Positions 7,804 to 18,084 of a stretch of DNA of 32,000 nucleotides are shown here, one piece after another (position 1 is the first letter of the stretch; every line of letters starts with the position of its first letter). The DNA lies in NCBI RefSeq assembly GCF_000016745.1, contig NC_009483.1, forward strand, positions 4,590,001-4,622,000. The letters are read 5' to 3'. The stretch is from Geotalea uraniireducens Rf4. Its GTDB lineage: Bacteria; Desulfobacterota; Desulfuromonadia; Geobacterales; Geobacteraceae. The notes under the pieces are model-generated. The model was given only the letters and a program-made list of their open reading frames with translations. It ran no database searches and was not told the origin of the DNA. Both the position numbers and the translations under genes were made by a program.

Positions 7804-8022
7804 ATGACCCAAAAATCTCCCCCAACAATCGACACAAATAAATGCACCGGATGCGGTCGCTGTGTCGCCGCATGCAAAAACAAGCTCATCACCCTCGAAA
7901 CCTCCGGTTACAGGAAGCATGCCGTGCGACACGGGCAGAGCCGGTGCGAGTGCTGCTGCGACTGCCTCAACCAGTGTCCGGTCCTGGCCATGCTCCACAA
8001 CGGCGACATAAATAACGGTTAA
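7804..8022 (+). CDS. Small 2x[4Fe-4S] ferredoxin-like protein
   Basis: Two cluster motifs: CTGCGRCVAAC (CX2CX2CX3C) and CECCCDCLNQCP (CX2CX2CX3CP). No clear SD. Confidence 0.6.
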   Translation: MTQKSPPTIDTNKCTGCGRCVAACKNKLITLETSGYRKHAVRHGQSRCECCCDCLNQCPVLAMLHNGDINNG

Positions 8023-8273
8023 CGCCGTTCCCAGGCGCCTTTCCGGGTGGTCCGACTGGTTTCCGTCCTGGCTGGGGCCGGCTCTGCCTTTGCCACCATT
8101 ACCGGTTTCTCCGGCGCCTTTTCCTCCTTCAAAACCGGCTCCTTGCAGGAGGCGAACTCGACGTTTATCGCTTCGGCCCTCAGCTCATGCACCGCTGCCG
8201 CGCCAATAATCCTCAATTCACTGCAACCGGTCAGGCAACCCATTAATAGAACAAGTAAAAGTAAGCATTTCAT
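8019..8273 (-). CDS. Small lipoprotein, function unknown
   Basis: MKCLLLLVLLMGCLTGC signal peptide plus lipobox. AGGAGG lies 6 nt upstream of the ATG. Low-complexity Pro/Ala/Lys tail. Confidence 0.55.
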   Translation of the reverse strand: MKCLLLLVLLMGCLTGCSELRIIGAAAVHELRAEAINVEFASCKEPVLKEEKAPEKPVMVAKAEPAPARTETSRTTRKGAWERR

Positions 8274-8504
8274 GGCGCACCTCCTGGATTTCGTTAACCG
8301 TTACCTTTTCCATTACGAGATGCATGCCATAGCAAAAACAGGCATAACCGGTTGAAATGCTTACATTATGTTCACTGCGGGTTTTATTGCGTTTGTGCGC
8401 CATGTGAACATGGCGGAGTGTAAATACCGTTAACCTCCCGTAAATAGTGGTTTTGTCAAAATTTGAACAGATATGCAAACGGTGAACAGATGGAGGACGC
8501 CGCC

Positions 8505-8533
8505 TTGACAGGGGCCGGGACCGTACCTATTAT
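8505..8533 (+). promoter_or_regulatory. Promoter of clpB (sigma70-like; the CTTGACA/CCTATTAT layout could also serve sigma32)
   Basis: TTGACA-N17-TATTAT, ~200 nt upstream of the clpB ATG. Confidence 0.5.
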
Positions 8534-8538
8534 TTCCC

Positions 8539-8705
8539 TAGGAGTCTGTCGGACTTAGGGAATCGTAGCGAGAGGATGGAAAATCGAGGACAGATTTCCG
8601 GAAATTTGAGAGCTAATAGTGGACCTATTCGTCTAAAATTTCCGGGAATATGGACCGATTTGCCATTCTCGCAGTAGATTCATTCCTAAGTCCGACAGCC
8701 TCCTA
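8539..8705. repeat. 167-nt imperfect palindrome (long hairpin or MITE-like element) in the clpB leader
   Basis: Outer arms AGGAGTCTGTCGGACTTAGGGAAT (8540-8563) and ATTCCTAAGTCCGACAGCCTCCT (8682-8704) are near-perfect complements. Two inner arm pairs continue to a central AATAG-tggac-CTATT. TA dinucleotides flank the GGAG...CTCC ends. Confidence 0.8.
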
Positions 8706-8730
8706 AAGATTCAAACCAAGGAGCCTTGCC

Positions 8731-11325
<2,595 letters not shown>

Positions 11326-11497
11326 AGCCCGCTCATGGGGATGAGGCGTAGAATTTTAGAAACCAGCTTTCGACTTGCGTTTCCATAGTTCTTCACACGG
11401 TGTGCGATTATCCCATCCAGCGCCTGCCGTGCGCCCAGGGTCTCCTCGGCTCTAGCAAGTTGTCGCATGGCGTTTAGGAGGTCGATCCCCAGCTCAA

Positions 11498-11531
11498 AAG
11501 CCAGGGCGTCCCGCAGCACCAGGGACGCCTT
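11498..11531 (-). terminator. Hairpin after the DUF2442 gene (possible terminator)
   Basis: GGCGTCCC-N9-GGGACGCC, followed on the minus strand by CTGGCTTTTG. The U-tract is weak. Confidence 0.35.
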
Positions 11532-11561
11532 CAGCCGGGAATGACCGGTGTTTTGCCTTGC

Positions 11562-11801
11562 TCATGGTTTAACCGAAACGGAAAGATCGTAGAGCGTTTC
11601 CGGCGCAATATCCAGATTGCCGGGCCAGCAGACCGTATCAAAGGCGACAAAAGCCCGCTCGAACAATGCAGTCTCTTTCAGTTTACGAAAAACCCCCATC
11701 TCAAGGTAAGGGCGCACATCGAACAGACGCACCTCGCCGGTATCGAATTCAAGTTCGAGATGAAAATTTTCTTTGGGGACGACACGAATAACCGATTCCA
11801 T
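11562..11801 (-). CDS. DUF2442 domain protein
   Basis: 79 aa with a typical DUF2442 pattern (VVPKENFHLELEFDTGEVRLFDV...FDTVCWPGNLDIAPETLY). SD AGGAGGA. Confidence 0.8.
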   Translation of the reverse strand: MESVIRVVPKENFHLELEFDTGEVRLFDVRPYLEMGVFRKLKETALFERAFVAFDTVCWPGNLDIAPETLYDLSVSVKP

Positions 11802-11909
11802 TGGTTTCCTCCTGACCCATCCCCACTCCCTTTAGGCCCAAGAGGGTCATTGTCAGGGGAGAGCCTTTAGGGATTGAGGGGGTTGGTTTTGAATCTGGCA
11901 AAAGTAAAT

Positions 11910-12179
11910 CTAACGCAGTGGTTCAATAGGGAACGGTTCCAGCCCGCTGACGGCCAATTCCCAATCTGCCATCAGGTCTTCACGGTGTATCTCCAGCCAG
12001 GCCTGCACCAATTTCATCTTGGCGGCAGGGAACGCCCCATCAAGCACATCGCCGTCGAGAATGGAGATAGCGGCCATTTGTCCCTGATAGCGGGCATGGA
12101 AGTGGGGTGTATGATGTTTCTGATTGTCGAAAAAATACAGATAAATGATGATTCCGTAAAACACACTTATCGTTGGCAT
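11910..12179 (-). CDS. DUF4160 domain protein
   Basis: 89 aa with a typical DUF4160 N-terminus (MPTISVFYGIIIYLYFFDNQKHHTPHFHARYQG). SD GGGAGGA. Confidence 0.85.
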   Translation of the reverse strand: MPTISVFYGIIIYLYFFDNQKHHTPHFHARYQGQMAAISILDGDVLDGAFPAAKMKLVQAWLEIHREDLMADWELAVSGLEPFPIEPLR

Positions 12180-12252
12180 ATCAGTTCCTCCCGAATTAGA
12201 TTATACCCCCAATTGTCGCCGCACTGAGGCGACAATTGGGCAATGTCTCCCT

Positions 12253-12735
12253 CTACACCCTCCCGAACTGCCCGGCAAAGACCGTCTCAATCGCCTCAAA
12301 TCGGTCGCATCCCTCAAAAGTCAGGCTGGCCGGGTCATTGGTCAGCACCCGTTCAGCAGGGTATTCGGCCAGCTTCGCCTTCAGCCAGTCAGCGGAATCA
12401 GGTGCGGCGCAGTCGCGGAAAAATACCGCAACCGACTGCTGCCGCCGGTCGCGCCCTGTCACAACCACCCCTTGGGCCTCGCGGACCATGCGCGACACAT
12501 CCAGCCCCAGAAGGTAGACCAGGCCTTCCACCAGATCAACCGGCCGCTCCGGGGCATCGCCACCCCCTTCCACCCGTTTCAGGGTATAGCCGAACAGTGA
12601 GGTGAAACGGTCAACGCCGCAGTACAGGGCGCGGCCGGCCTGCTCCAGGCGGTAGCGCAGCCGCCAAAGGGGTCTGGTGTTGGGACATACTCTGTTTCCT
12701 TGTGCACGATTGTCGAATATTAGTTCGACAGGCAA
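12253..12735 (-). CDS. Hypothetical protein, no family recognised; start uncertain, possibly frameshifted
   Basis: GC-rich 160-codon ORF. Its only upstream start is a TTG (12735) without SD. The only good SD (AAGGAA) serves ATG 12688, which is in another frame and stops after 25 codons. Confidence 0.4.
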   Translation of the reverse strand: MPVELIFDNRAQGNRVCPNTRPLWRLRYRLEQAGRALYCGVDRFTSLFGYTLKRVEGGGDAPERPVDLVEGLVYLLGLDVSRMVREAQGVVVTGRDRRQQSVAVFFRDCAAPDSADWLKAKLAEYPAERVLTNDPASLTFEGCDRFEAIETVFAGQFGRV

Positions 12736-12963
12736 TGTAAAATATTTCCGATGCCATTACCAGAAGTTTCGCAATGATTATAGGTGTATCAGGCTTAAAG
12801 TCTCCGTATCCCGTATAAAATAAACTCGTCTATATGACATTGGCAAATCCAATCCGGTCTGGTTATAAGGGAACAGGGGTAATAAACCATTGTCAATATA
12901 CTAAAATCAGCTAAAATTGCAGAAAATCGTTGTTACAGAACTGCTTGTTATGGAGGGTAACTT

Positions 12964-13620
12964 ATGAAGAAGAAAATAGGCGTCGTACTTTCCGGCTGCG
13001 GCGTCCGCGACGGCAGCGAGATCCACGAAGCGGTGCTCACCCTTCTGGCCATCGACAGGAACAACGCGGAAGCGGTCTGCATGGCCCCGGACATCGAAGT
13101 ACCCGAGACAAACCACCTCACCATGAAGGAAACCGGCGCCAGGAGAAATGTGCTGGTGGAATCGGCAAGGATCGCCCGCGGCAACATCAGGGACATAAAG
13201 GATGTGCGGGCAGCCGATCTCGATGCGGTCATCTTCCCCGGTGGTTTCGGAGCTGCCAAAAACCTCTGCAATTTTGCCGAGAAGGGGGCTGCCGCCACCA
13301 TCCAGCCGGACGTGGCGCGTCTCCTGAAGGAGATGGCCGCAGCAAAAAAACCGATCGGCGCCATCTGTATCGCTCCGGTCCTAATCGCCGCGACCCTCGG
13401 CAAGGAGTATGCCCCGCAGGTGACCATCGGCACGGATGCCGGCACCGCCGCTGCCATCGCTGAAACCGGCAGCCTTCACCTGGAATGCCCGGTTACGGAA
13501 TTCGTCGTGGACAAGAAGAACAAGATCGTCTCCACCCCTGCCTACATGCTTGCAGAGCACATCTCCGAGGCTGCCGAGGGGATTGAAAAAGCGGTCAAGG
13601 CGGTAATCGATCTGATCTGA
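12964..13620 (+). CDS. elbB: ElbB-type DJ-1/PfpI-family protein (isoprenoid biosynthesis glyoxalase ElbB)
   Basis: Near-collinear with E. coli ElbB as I recall it (MKKIGVVLSGCGVRDGSEIHEAVLTLLAI..., PGGFGAAKNL..., TPAYML). SD GGAGGG. Confidence 0.9.
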   Translation: MKKKIGVVLSGCGVRDGSEIHEAVLTLLAIDRNNAEAVCMAPDIEVPETNHLTMKETGARRNVLVESARIARGNIRDIKDVRAADLDAVIFPGGFGAAKNLCNFAEKGAAATIQPDVARLLKEMAAAKKPIGAICIAPVLIAATLGKEYAPQVTIGTDAGTAAAIAETGSLHLECPVTEFVVDKKNKIVSTPAYMLAEHISEAAEGIEKAVKAVIDLI

Positions 13621-13684
13621 CCGGCCAGCGGGGACCGAAACCCGCTGTTACGAAGGCTCTACCAGCATGCGGCATAACTATAGC

Positions 13685-13712
13685 TTGCGAAAAATTAGTT
13701 TTGCCATATGAT
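13685..13712 (+). promoter_or_regulatory. Sigma70-like promoter for the OMP gene
   Basis: TTGCGA-N16-TATGAT, ~45 nt upstream of ATG 13755. Confidence 0.4.
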
Positions 13713-13754
13713 ATTATTGCAATCTTTTTAAATCATATGGAGGAGGAACTAGGA

Positions 13755-14384
13755 ATGAAAAAGCTACTTATGCTAGCCTGCCTGACGGCGACCATTTCCT
13801 TGGCATGCGGAACAGCCATGGCCGACAGCATCAAGGGAAGAATCGGTGTGACCGGCCGGATCGGTTTTCTGATCCCTGCCGACAGTGAGGATGTTGGGTC
13901 AGGCGCTGTGGCGGTAGATACCGACGCCAGTTTTCTGGGGGGTGGCGGCTTCATCTACGGTATTGGCGACAATATCGCCGTTGAAGTCGATATCACCCAC
14001 GCCGAATTCAGCTCTCACCCCCATAACGTTTCCGCTTTGAAGGATGGGGATTTTGCAACGACCAACGTGGCCCTCGGCGCCCAATACCGTTTCATCAACC
14101 TGCCGATCACGAAACTGGTCCCCTATGCCGGCGCCGGCATTGATATTCTCATCAATGATTTCAGAACAGACAGCGGCGAGAGAAGGGATGTCGATACGGT
14201 TCTGGGCGCGCAACTGGTCGGGGGGGTAGATTACTTCATCATGAAACAGCTTGCCATAACCGGTGAAATAAAAGGGGTACTTGCGCCAAACTCGGATATC
14301 AAGGATCCATCAGGACAAAAAATCGGCAGTTTTGACCCCTCCTCGGTGACGGTTACCGGGGGGGTCAGATATTTTTTCAATTAA
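13755..14384 (+). CDS. Outer-membrane beta-barrel protein (OmpW/OmpA-like small porin family)
   Basis: Signal peptide MKKLLMLACLTATISLACGTAMA. Alternating beta-strand pattern with a C-terminal ...GGVRYFFN. AGGAGG lies 8 nt upstream of ATG 13755. Confidence 0.75.
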   Translation: MKKLLMLACLTATISLACGTAMADSIKGRIGVTGRIGFLIPADSEDVGSGAVAVDTDASFLGGGGFIYGIGDNIAVEVDITHAEFSSHPHNVSALKDGDFATTNVALGAQYRFINLPITKLVPYAGAGIDILINDFRTDSGERRDVDTVLGAQLVGGVDYFIMKQLAITGEIKGVLAPNSDIKDPSGQKIGSFDPSSVTVTGGVRYFFN

Positions 14385-14392
14385 CCCCTATC

Positions 14393-16093
14393 TTACTGAG
14401 GGACGGCCATGCAGGCCGTCCCTTCACCCTCCGCAAACGCCCGTTCATACTCACTCACCAGCTTTTCCTTTACGCCGCTGTCGATGAAGTCCCATGGCAG
14501 AAGTTCGTCCAAGGGGATGTTGCGACAGACGTACGCATCGGTATCGAGCCCCAGCTCCTTTGCCGCCCGCCTCCATCCTCCCGACTCACCAGCCCTGACG
14601 AGCAGCGGGGCAAGACGCCGGTCACCCCGGGAGAGGAGAGCTTGCAGGTAGGCATCTTTCAACCCCTCCAGCTGAATCCTGACATTTGACAGCCGACCGA
14701 GAGCCTTGTGCAGGTATTTCGCCTTTTTCTCCAGAGACTTGAGATCTTCCATGCCGCACCACTGAAAGGGGGTGAACGGCTTCGGGATAAACGGGTTGAT
14801 CGAAAGGACCACTTCACCGAGCCGTTTGTTTTTCCGTGCCGCGGCGATTACCCGTTCGCGGATTCTTTCCACAAGCCCCACCATCTCATCCAGATCGGCC
14901 GCTGTTTCAGTAGGTAAACCAATAATGAAGTAGAGTTTCAGATTGAGAATATCCCTGCCGATCAAGCGGTCGCAGGCGGCAAGGATCTGCTCCTCGCTGA
15001 TGTTCTTTCTGATGAGGTCCCTGAGCCGCTGGGATCCGCCTTCCGGCGCCAGGGCCACGGTTTTGTGACCGCTCTCCTTGAGCGCCTCGATCAGTTCGTC
15101 GTCCAAACCATCGATGCGCAGGGAAGAAACGGATATCTTCCCCCCCTGATCGAGGATGTAGCGGCACAAGTCCCCTATGCCGTGATAATCGGAAACCGCC
15201 GCACCGACCAGACCTATGCGCTGCCGCTCTTGCAGCCCCTTTGTCACCTCAGCCTTTACCGCCTCAAGTGTGCGCTGACGATAGGGGAGGTAAATGAATC
15301 CGGCTGCGCAGAACCTGCATCCGCGGGGGCAACCGCGTGAAACCTCGATCAGATACATGTCGGCAAATTCCGTGGCCTCGGTGAGGATTTCCGAGGTGGT
15401 CGGCCGCCGCCCTGCCTCCTCATCCCATATCCGCCGTACCGTCGGAGGCGCACCGGCGAGAGGCGTGCGCGACACGAGGCGTCCCCCTTCATAAACTGTT
15501 TCGTAGAGGGAGGGGACATAGATGCCGGGCACCCGGGCGCAGTGTTTTAAAAGCTCATCCCGGCCGATTTGTTCCTCGCTGGTCAGTACTTCGAGGAGCC
15601 CGGGCAGGAGCGGCTCCGCCTCACCAATGCAGACGAGGTCCATGAAATCGGCCACCGGTTCGGGATTGAGAAATAAAGCTGCGCCACCGGCCATCACGAG
15701 CGGCATGGACTCGTCGCGTTCCCCAGCATAGACGGGTATCCCGGCCAGATTCAGAATGGGCGGAATGTTCAGGTAGTCGCTCTCAAAGGAGACGGAAAAA
15801 GCGATGACGTCGAACTCGGTAAGCGGCCGCTGCGACTCCAGGGAGAGCAATTTTGAACCGGACTTGCGGTATTCTTCCAGCTCCTCCCGGTCGGGAAGGA
15901 AAGCCCGCTCGCAGAGGACGTCCGGATAGGCATTGAGCAGGGAATGGACGGCCTGAAAACCCAGGTTGCTCATGGCGGCATGGTAGCGGTTCGGATAGAC
16001 CAGGCAGAAGGTCAGCCCGGCAGCCGCCTTGGGGGTAACCCCGGTCTCGCAGGCGAGGATTTTGCGGTATTTTTCGATGATTTTCCAGGACAT
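14393..16093 (-). CDS. B12-binding-domain radical SAM protein (TIGR03960-like)
   Basis: CPRGCRFC (CX3CX2C) radical-SAM motif. The N-terminal region is typical of the family (VYPNRYHAAMSNLGFQAVHSLLN ... LVMAGGAALFLNPEP). Confidence 0.88.
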   Translation of the reverse strand: MSWKIIEKYRKILACETGVTPKAAAGLTFCLVYPNRYHAAMSNLGFQAVHSLLNAYPDVLCERAFLPDREELEEYRKSGSKLLSLESQRPLTEFDVIAFSVSFESDYLNIPPILNLAGIPVYAGERDESMPLVMAGGAALFLNPEPVADFMDLVCIGEAEPLLPGLLEVLTSEEQIGRDELLKHCARVPGIYVPSLYETVYEGGRLVSRTPLAGAPPTVRRIWDEEAGRRPTTSEILTEATEFADMYLIEVSRGCPRGCRFCAAGFIYLPYRQRTLEAVKAEVTKGLQERQRIGLVGAAVSDYHGIGDLCRYILDQGGKISVSSLRIDGLDDELIEALKESGHKTVALAPEGGSQRLRDLIRKNISEEQILAACDRLIGRDILNLKLYFIIGLPTETAADLDEMVGLVERIRERVIAAARKNKRLGEVVLSINPFIPKPFTPFQWCGMEDLKSLEKKAKYLHKALGRLSNVRIQLEGLKDAYLQALLSRGDRRLAPLLVRAGESGGWRRAAKELGLDTDAYVCRNIPLDELLPWDFIDSGVKEKLVSEYERAFAEGEGTACMAVPQ

Positions 16094-16233
16094 ATTCCCC
16101 GATTCCTTATCTTGTTAAGCGACCCCATTTTGTCTTCCCTGTCATGGCGTTATTACCCTCTTTATTGCCCTTACTAAGAGGTAACTACCCTTTCTTTCCC
16201 CAGCAATCTTGAGGGTGGACAGCAGATAATACT

Positions 16234-17331
16234 TCATTTTTCAGTTTTTCCATCCCCACCTTGCTCCAGATGTGCTCGCGCGAGCATCACCGCTTCATGG
16301 AGCTTGCGTTCCAATTCGGCCTTCGGAAGTACTTCAGTCCAGTAACTGGCTATGTGGATGCCGCTTTTGTCAAGGTCGAGCAATTCCACGGTCTCGTGTC
16401 GTTTACCGGCGCACAGGATTAGGCCGATTGGAGGCTCTTCGCCTGATTTTCGCTCATAGCGATTCAGCCATCCAAGGTAGAGTTCCATCTGCCCCTTATG
16501 ACCCGGCTTGAACTCTCCCAACTTCAACTCGATAGCAACCAAGCGACGCAAGTTTCGGTGATAGAACAACAAGTCAAGATAGTGATCGATACCATCAACG
16601 GTGACCCGTTTCTGCCGCTCCAAAAACGCAAAACCGACCCCCAGCTCCAGAATGAACGCTTCCATTTCCCGCAGAATTGCTGCTTCCAGGTCTTTTTCGG
16701 CATAGGTGTCCTTGAGGCCCAGAAAATCGAGAATGTAAGGATCCCGGAATACCAGGTCGGGTGTAAGTTTATCTTCATTGCGAAGAGCCTTTAGTTCAAT
16801 TTCGGCGAGCTGTTCGGGCCTACGGGAAAGCGCCGTGCGTTCAAAAAGCATGGACTGGATTTTCTTATCCAGAGTTCGTGTATTCCAGCCTTCGATACGG
16901 CACAGTTCAGCGTAAAAGTTGCGTTTGAGAGGGTCTTCAAGATAGATGAGGGATTTAAAATGGGTCCAGGTCAATTGTCTCCGCAACGCGGAGACAATTT
17001 CAAGGTCGGGAAAAGCTTCGGCAAATCTGATCATATGCCGAATGCTTTTTGATGAAAATCCTCGTCCAAATTCAATTTCCAATTGTCTCCCCAGTGCAGA
17101 GACAATTTCTTCGCCGTAGCCGGCCCGCTTATCCTTGAGGATATCCTGCCTTACTCGCAGGCCAACATTCCAATAAAGCATGGTCAGACCGGAGTCGATG
17201 GCTCGTGCAACGCTCTCACGCGCCTGCATGATCATCTGGCGGACATCGGTCAACAAGGGGCGACCCGACGTTTGGGGTGGCTTTATAGCTGTTGCCGGTT
17301 TTGTCTTTCCGGTGGTTTTTTCCTCGCTCAT
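16234..17331 (-). CDS. yhcG: YhcG-family PDDEXK nuclease (DUF1016)
   Basis: 365 aa, full-length YhcG pattern (LYWNVGLRVRQDIL...YGEEIV..., FRDPYILDFLGL, DLLFYHRNLRRLVAIELKLGEF). Confidence 0.9.
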   Translation of the reverse strand: MSEEKTTGKTKPATAIKPPQTSGRPLLTDVRQMIMQARESVARAIDSGLTMLYWNVGLRVRQDILKDKRAGYGEEIVSALGRQLEIEFGRGFSSKSIRHMIRFAEAFPDLEIVSALRRQLTWTHFKSLIYLEDPLKRNFYAELCRIEGWNTRTLDKKIQSMLFERTALSRRPEQLAEIELKALRNEDKLTPDLVFRDPYILDFLGLKDTYAEKDLEAAILREMEAFILELGVGFAFLERQKRVTVDGIDHYLDLLFYHRNLRRLVAIELKLGEFKPGHKGQMELYLGWLNRYERKSGEEPPIGLILCAGKRHETVELLDLDKSGIHIASYWTEVLPKAELERKLHEAVMLARAHLEQGGDGKTEK

Positions 17332-17408
17332 TTCTTCCCCTCCACCACGACGATTTCGTCATCCGTCAGACAGTAGAGGGCGTAGACGAGGATGTCGATT
17401 TCGGGATA
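17328..17408 (-). pseudogene. Remnant: last ~26 codons of a DNA methyltransferase-type gene
   Basis: Minus-strand frame gives YPEIDILVYALYCLTDDEIVVVEGKK*. This matches the C-terminal tail typical of N6-adenine MTases of R-M/BREX-type systems. Its TGA overlaps the yhcG ATG (ATGA). No ORF body lies upstream. Confidence 0.5.
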
Positions 17409-17421
17409 AGTAGTTATTTTG

Positions 17422-17727
17422 TTAAGGTGTAGGCGCGACACTGTGATATTCTCCTCGCACCTCTTCCTCGTCACGATCCCGGAACAACGGCTTTGGCGCA
17501 ACAAGCACCTCTTTTACCCGCGACGGATCAACCAAGACACCTTCAATCCGGTTGGACGAAACTGCGCTTTCAACCATGGCATGTTCCCGTAGCGCCTTCA
17601 GCCGCTGTGGAGATTGCCGCGTATAAAGCTCTTGCTTACCGCGATATTCGCTCAGGTCGGCGAGATACCAGGAGGTGCCGACAGGAACAGAAATAGTTTG
17701 CCCGGCAAACAGCCGAAGTGTGGTCAT
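17422..17727 (-). pseudogene. 5' fragment (~95 codons) of a Fic-family gene
   Basis: Good SD (GGGGAGGA) plus ATG. The product LADLSEYRGKQELYTRQSPQRLKALREHAMVESAVSSNRIEGV...RDRDEEEVRG matches the N-terminal region of ~370-aa Fic proteins. Similarity then stops, and there is no Fic HPFx[DE]GNGR core. Confidence 0.7.
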
Positions 17728-17752
17728 ATATCCTCCCCGGCAATCCGTACAT

Positions 17753-17971
17753 AAAGCGGTCGAATTCGACCGCTTTAAAATCCTGGTTATGCAGTTGCGC
17801 CCAAAGGCCGATGAACTCGATAGTCGTCCGGCTCCGAAGCCAGTTCTTGATAATATCAATGGGCTCATTTGGGTTTTTGTAGCGGACGATATCAGTCAGC
17901 GAGATGTAATCTTCCTGCTCTTTGCGTGTTCTGACGTAAAGGATGGAGCGTCCTTTTCAGATTCGCTCCAT
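17753..17971 (-). pseudogene. KilA-N domain gene fragment with a premature stop at codon 5
   Basis: Minus frame gives MERI*KGRSILYVRTRKEQEDYISLTDIVRYKNPNEPIDIIKNWLRSRTTIEFIGLWAQLHNQDFKAVEFDRF. The KilA-N N-terminal signature is strong. An in-frame TGA occurs after codon 4, and similarity ends at the Fic SD. Confidence 0.65.
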
Positions 17972-18020
17972 GTAGCCAGCGTCCGCTAGTTCAGCTAGGT
18001 CTGCCCTTGCCCGTCTTTTT

Positions 18021-18074
18021 GTACTGTTTTGTACTGTTTTGTACTATTTTGTACTGTTTTGTACTGTTTTGTAC
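18021..18074. repeat. Tandem 10-bp repeat, 5 copies plus a partial
   Basis: GTACTGTTTT x2, GTACTATTTT, GTACTGTTTT x2, then GTAC. It lies ~50 nt upstream (minus strand) of the KilA-N pseudogene start. Confidence 0.95.
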
Positions 18075-18084
18075 CTCGCCTTTT

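Noticed and set aside
7573-7998. 141-aa minus-strand ORF covering the small Cys-rich ORF region
   Set aside because: It lies antisense to two plus-strand ORFs, one of which has unmistakable ferredoxin motifs. It has no SD and its composition is typical of a shadow frame.
11815-11885. G/C-patterned spacer between the DUF4160 and DUF2442 genes (translates as ...PSPLPLGPRGSLSGESL)
   Set aside because: It contains only an 8-nt direct repeat (CCTTTAGG) and weak bulged complementarity. It resembles common low-information intergenic GC elements and is not strong enough to call.
16094-16233. Search for islet boundaries (att-like direct repeats, tRNA, integrase) here and at 20300-20420
   Set aside because: By eye there are no convincing direct repeats shared by the two borders, and no tRNA or recombinase gene in the window. 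The boundaries therefore remain approximate.
18021-18074. Possible CRISPR or minisatellite-encoded peptide
   Set aside because: The units are 10 bp, contiguous and without spacers, and no cas genes are present. The plus-strand ORF through it (MYCFVLFCTVLYCFV...) is just the translated repeat.
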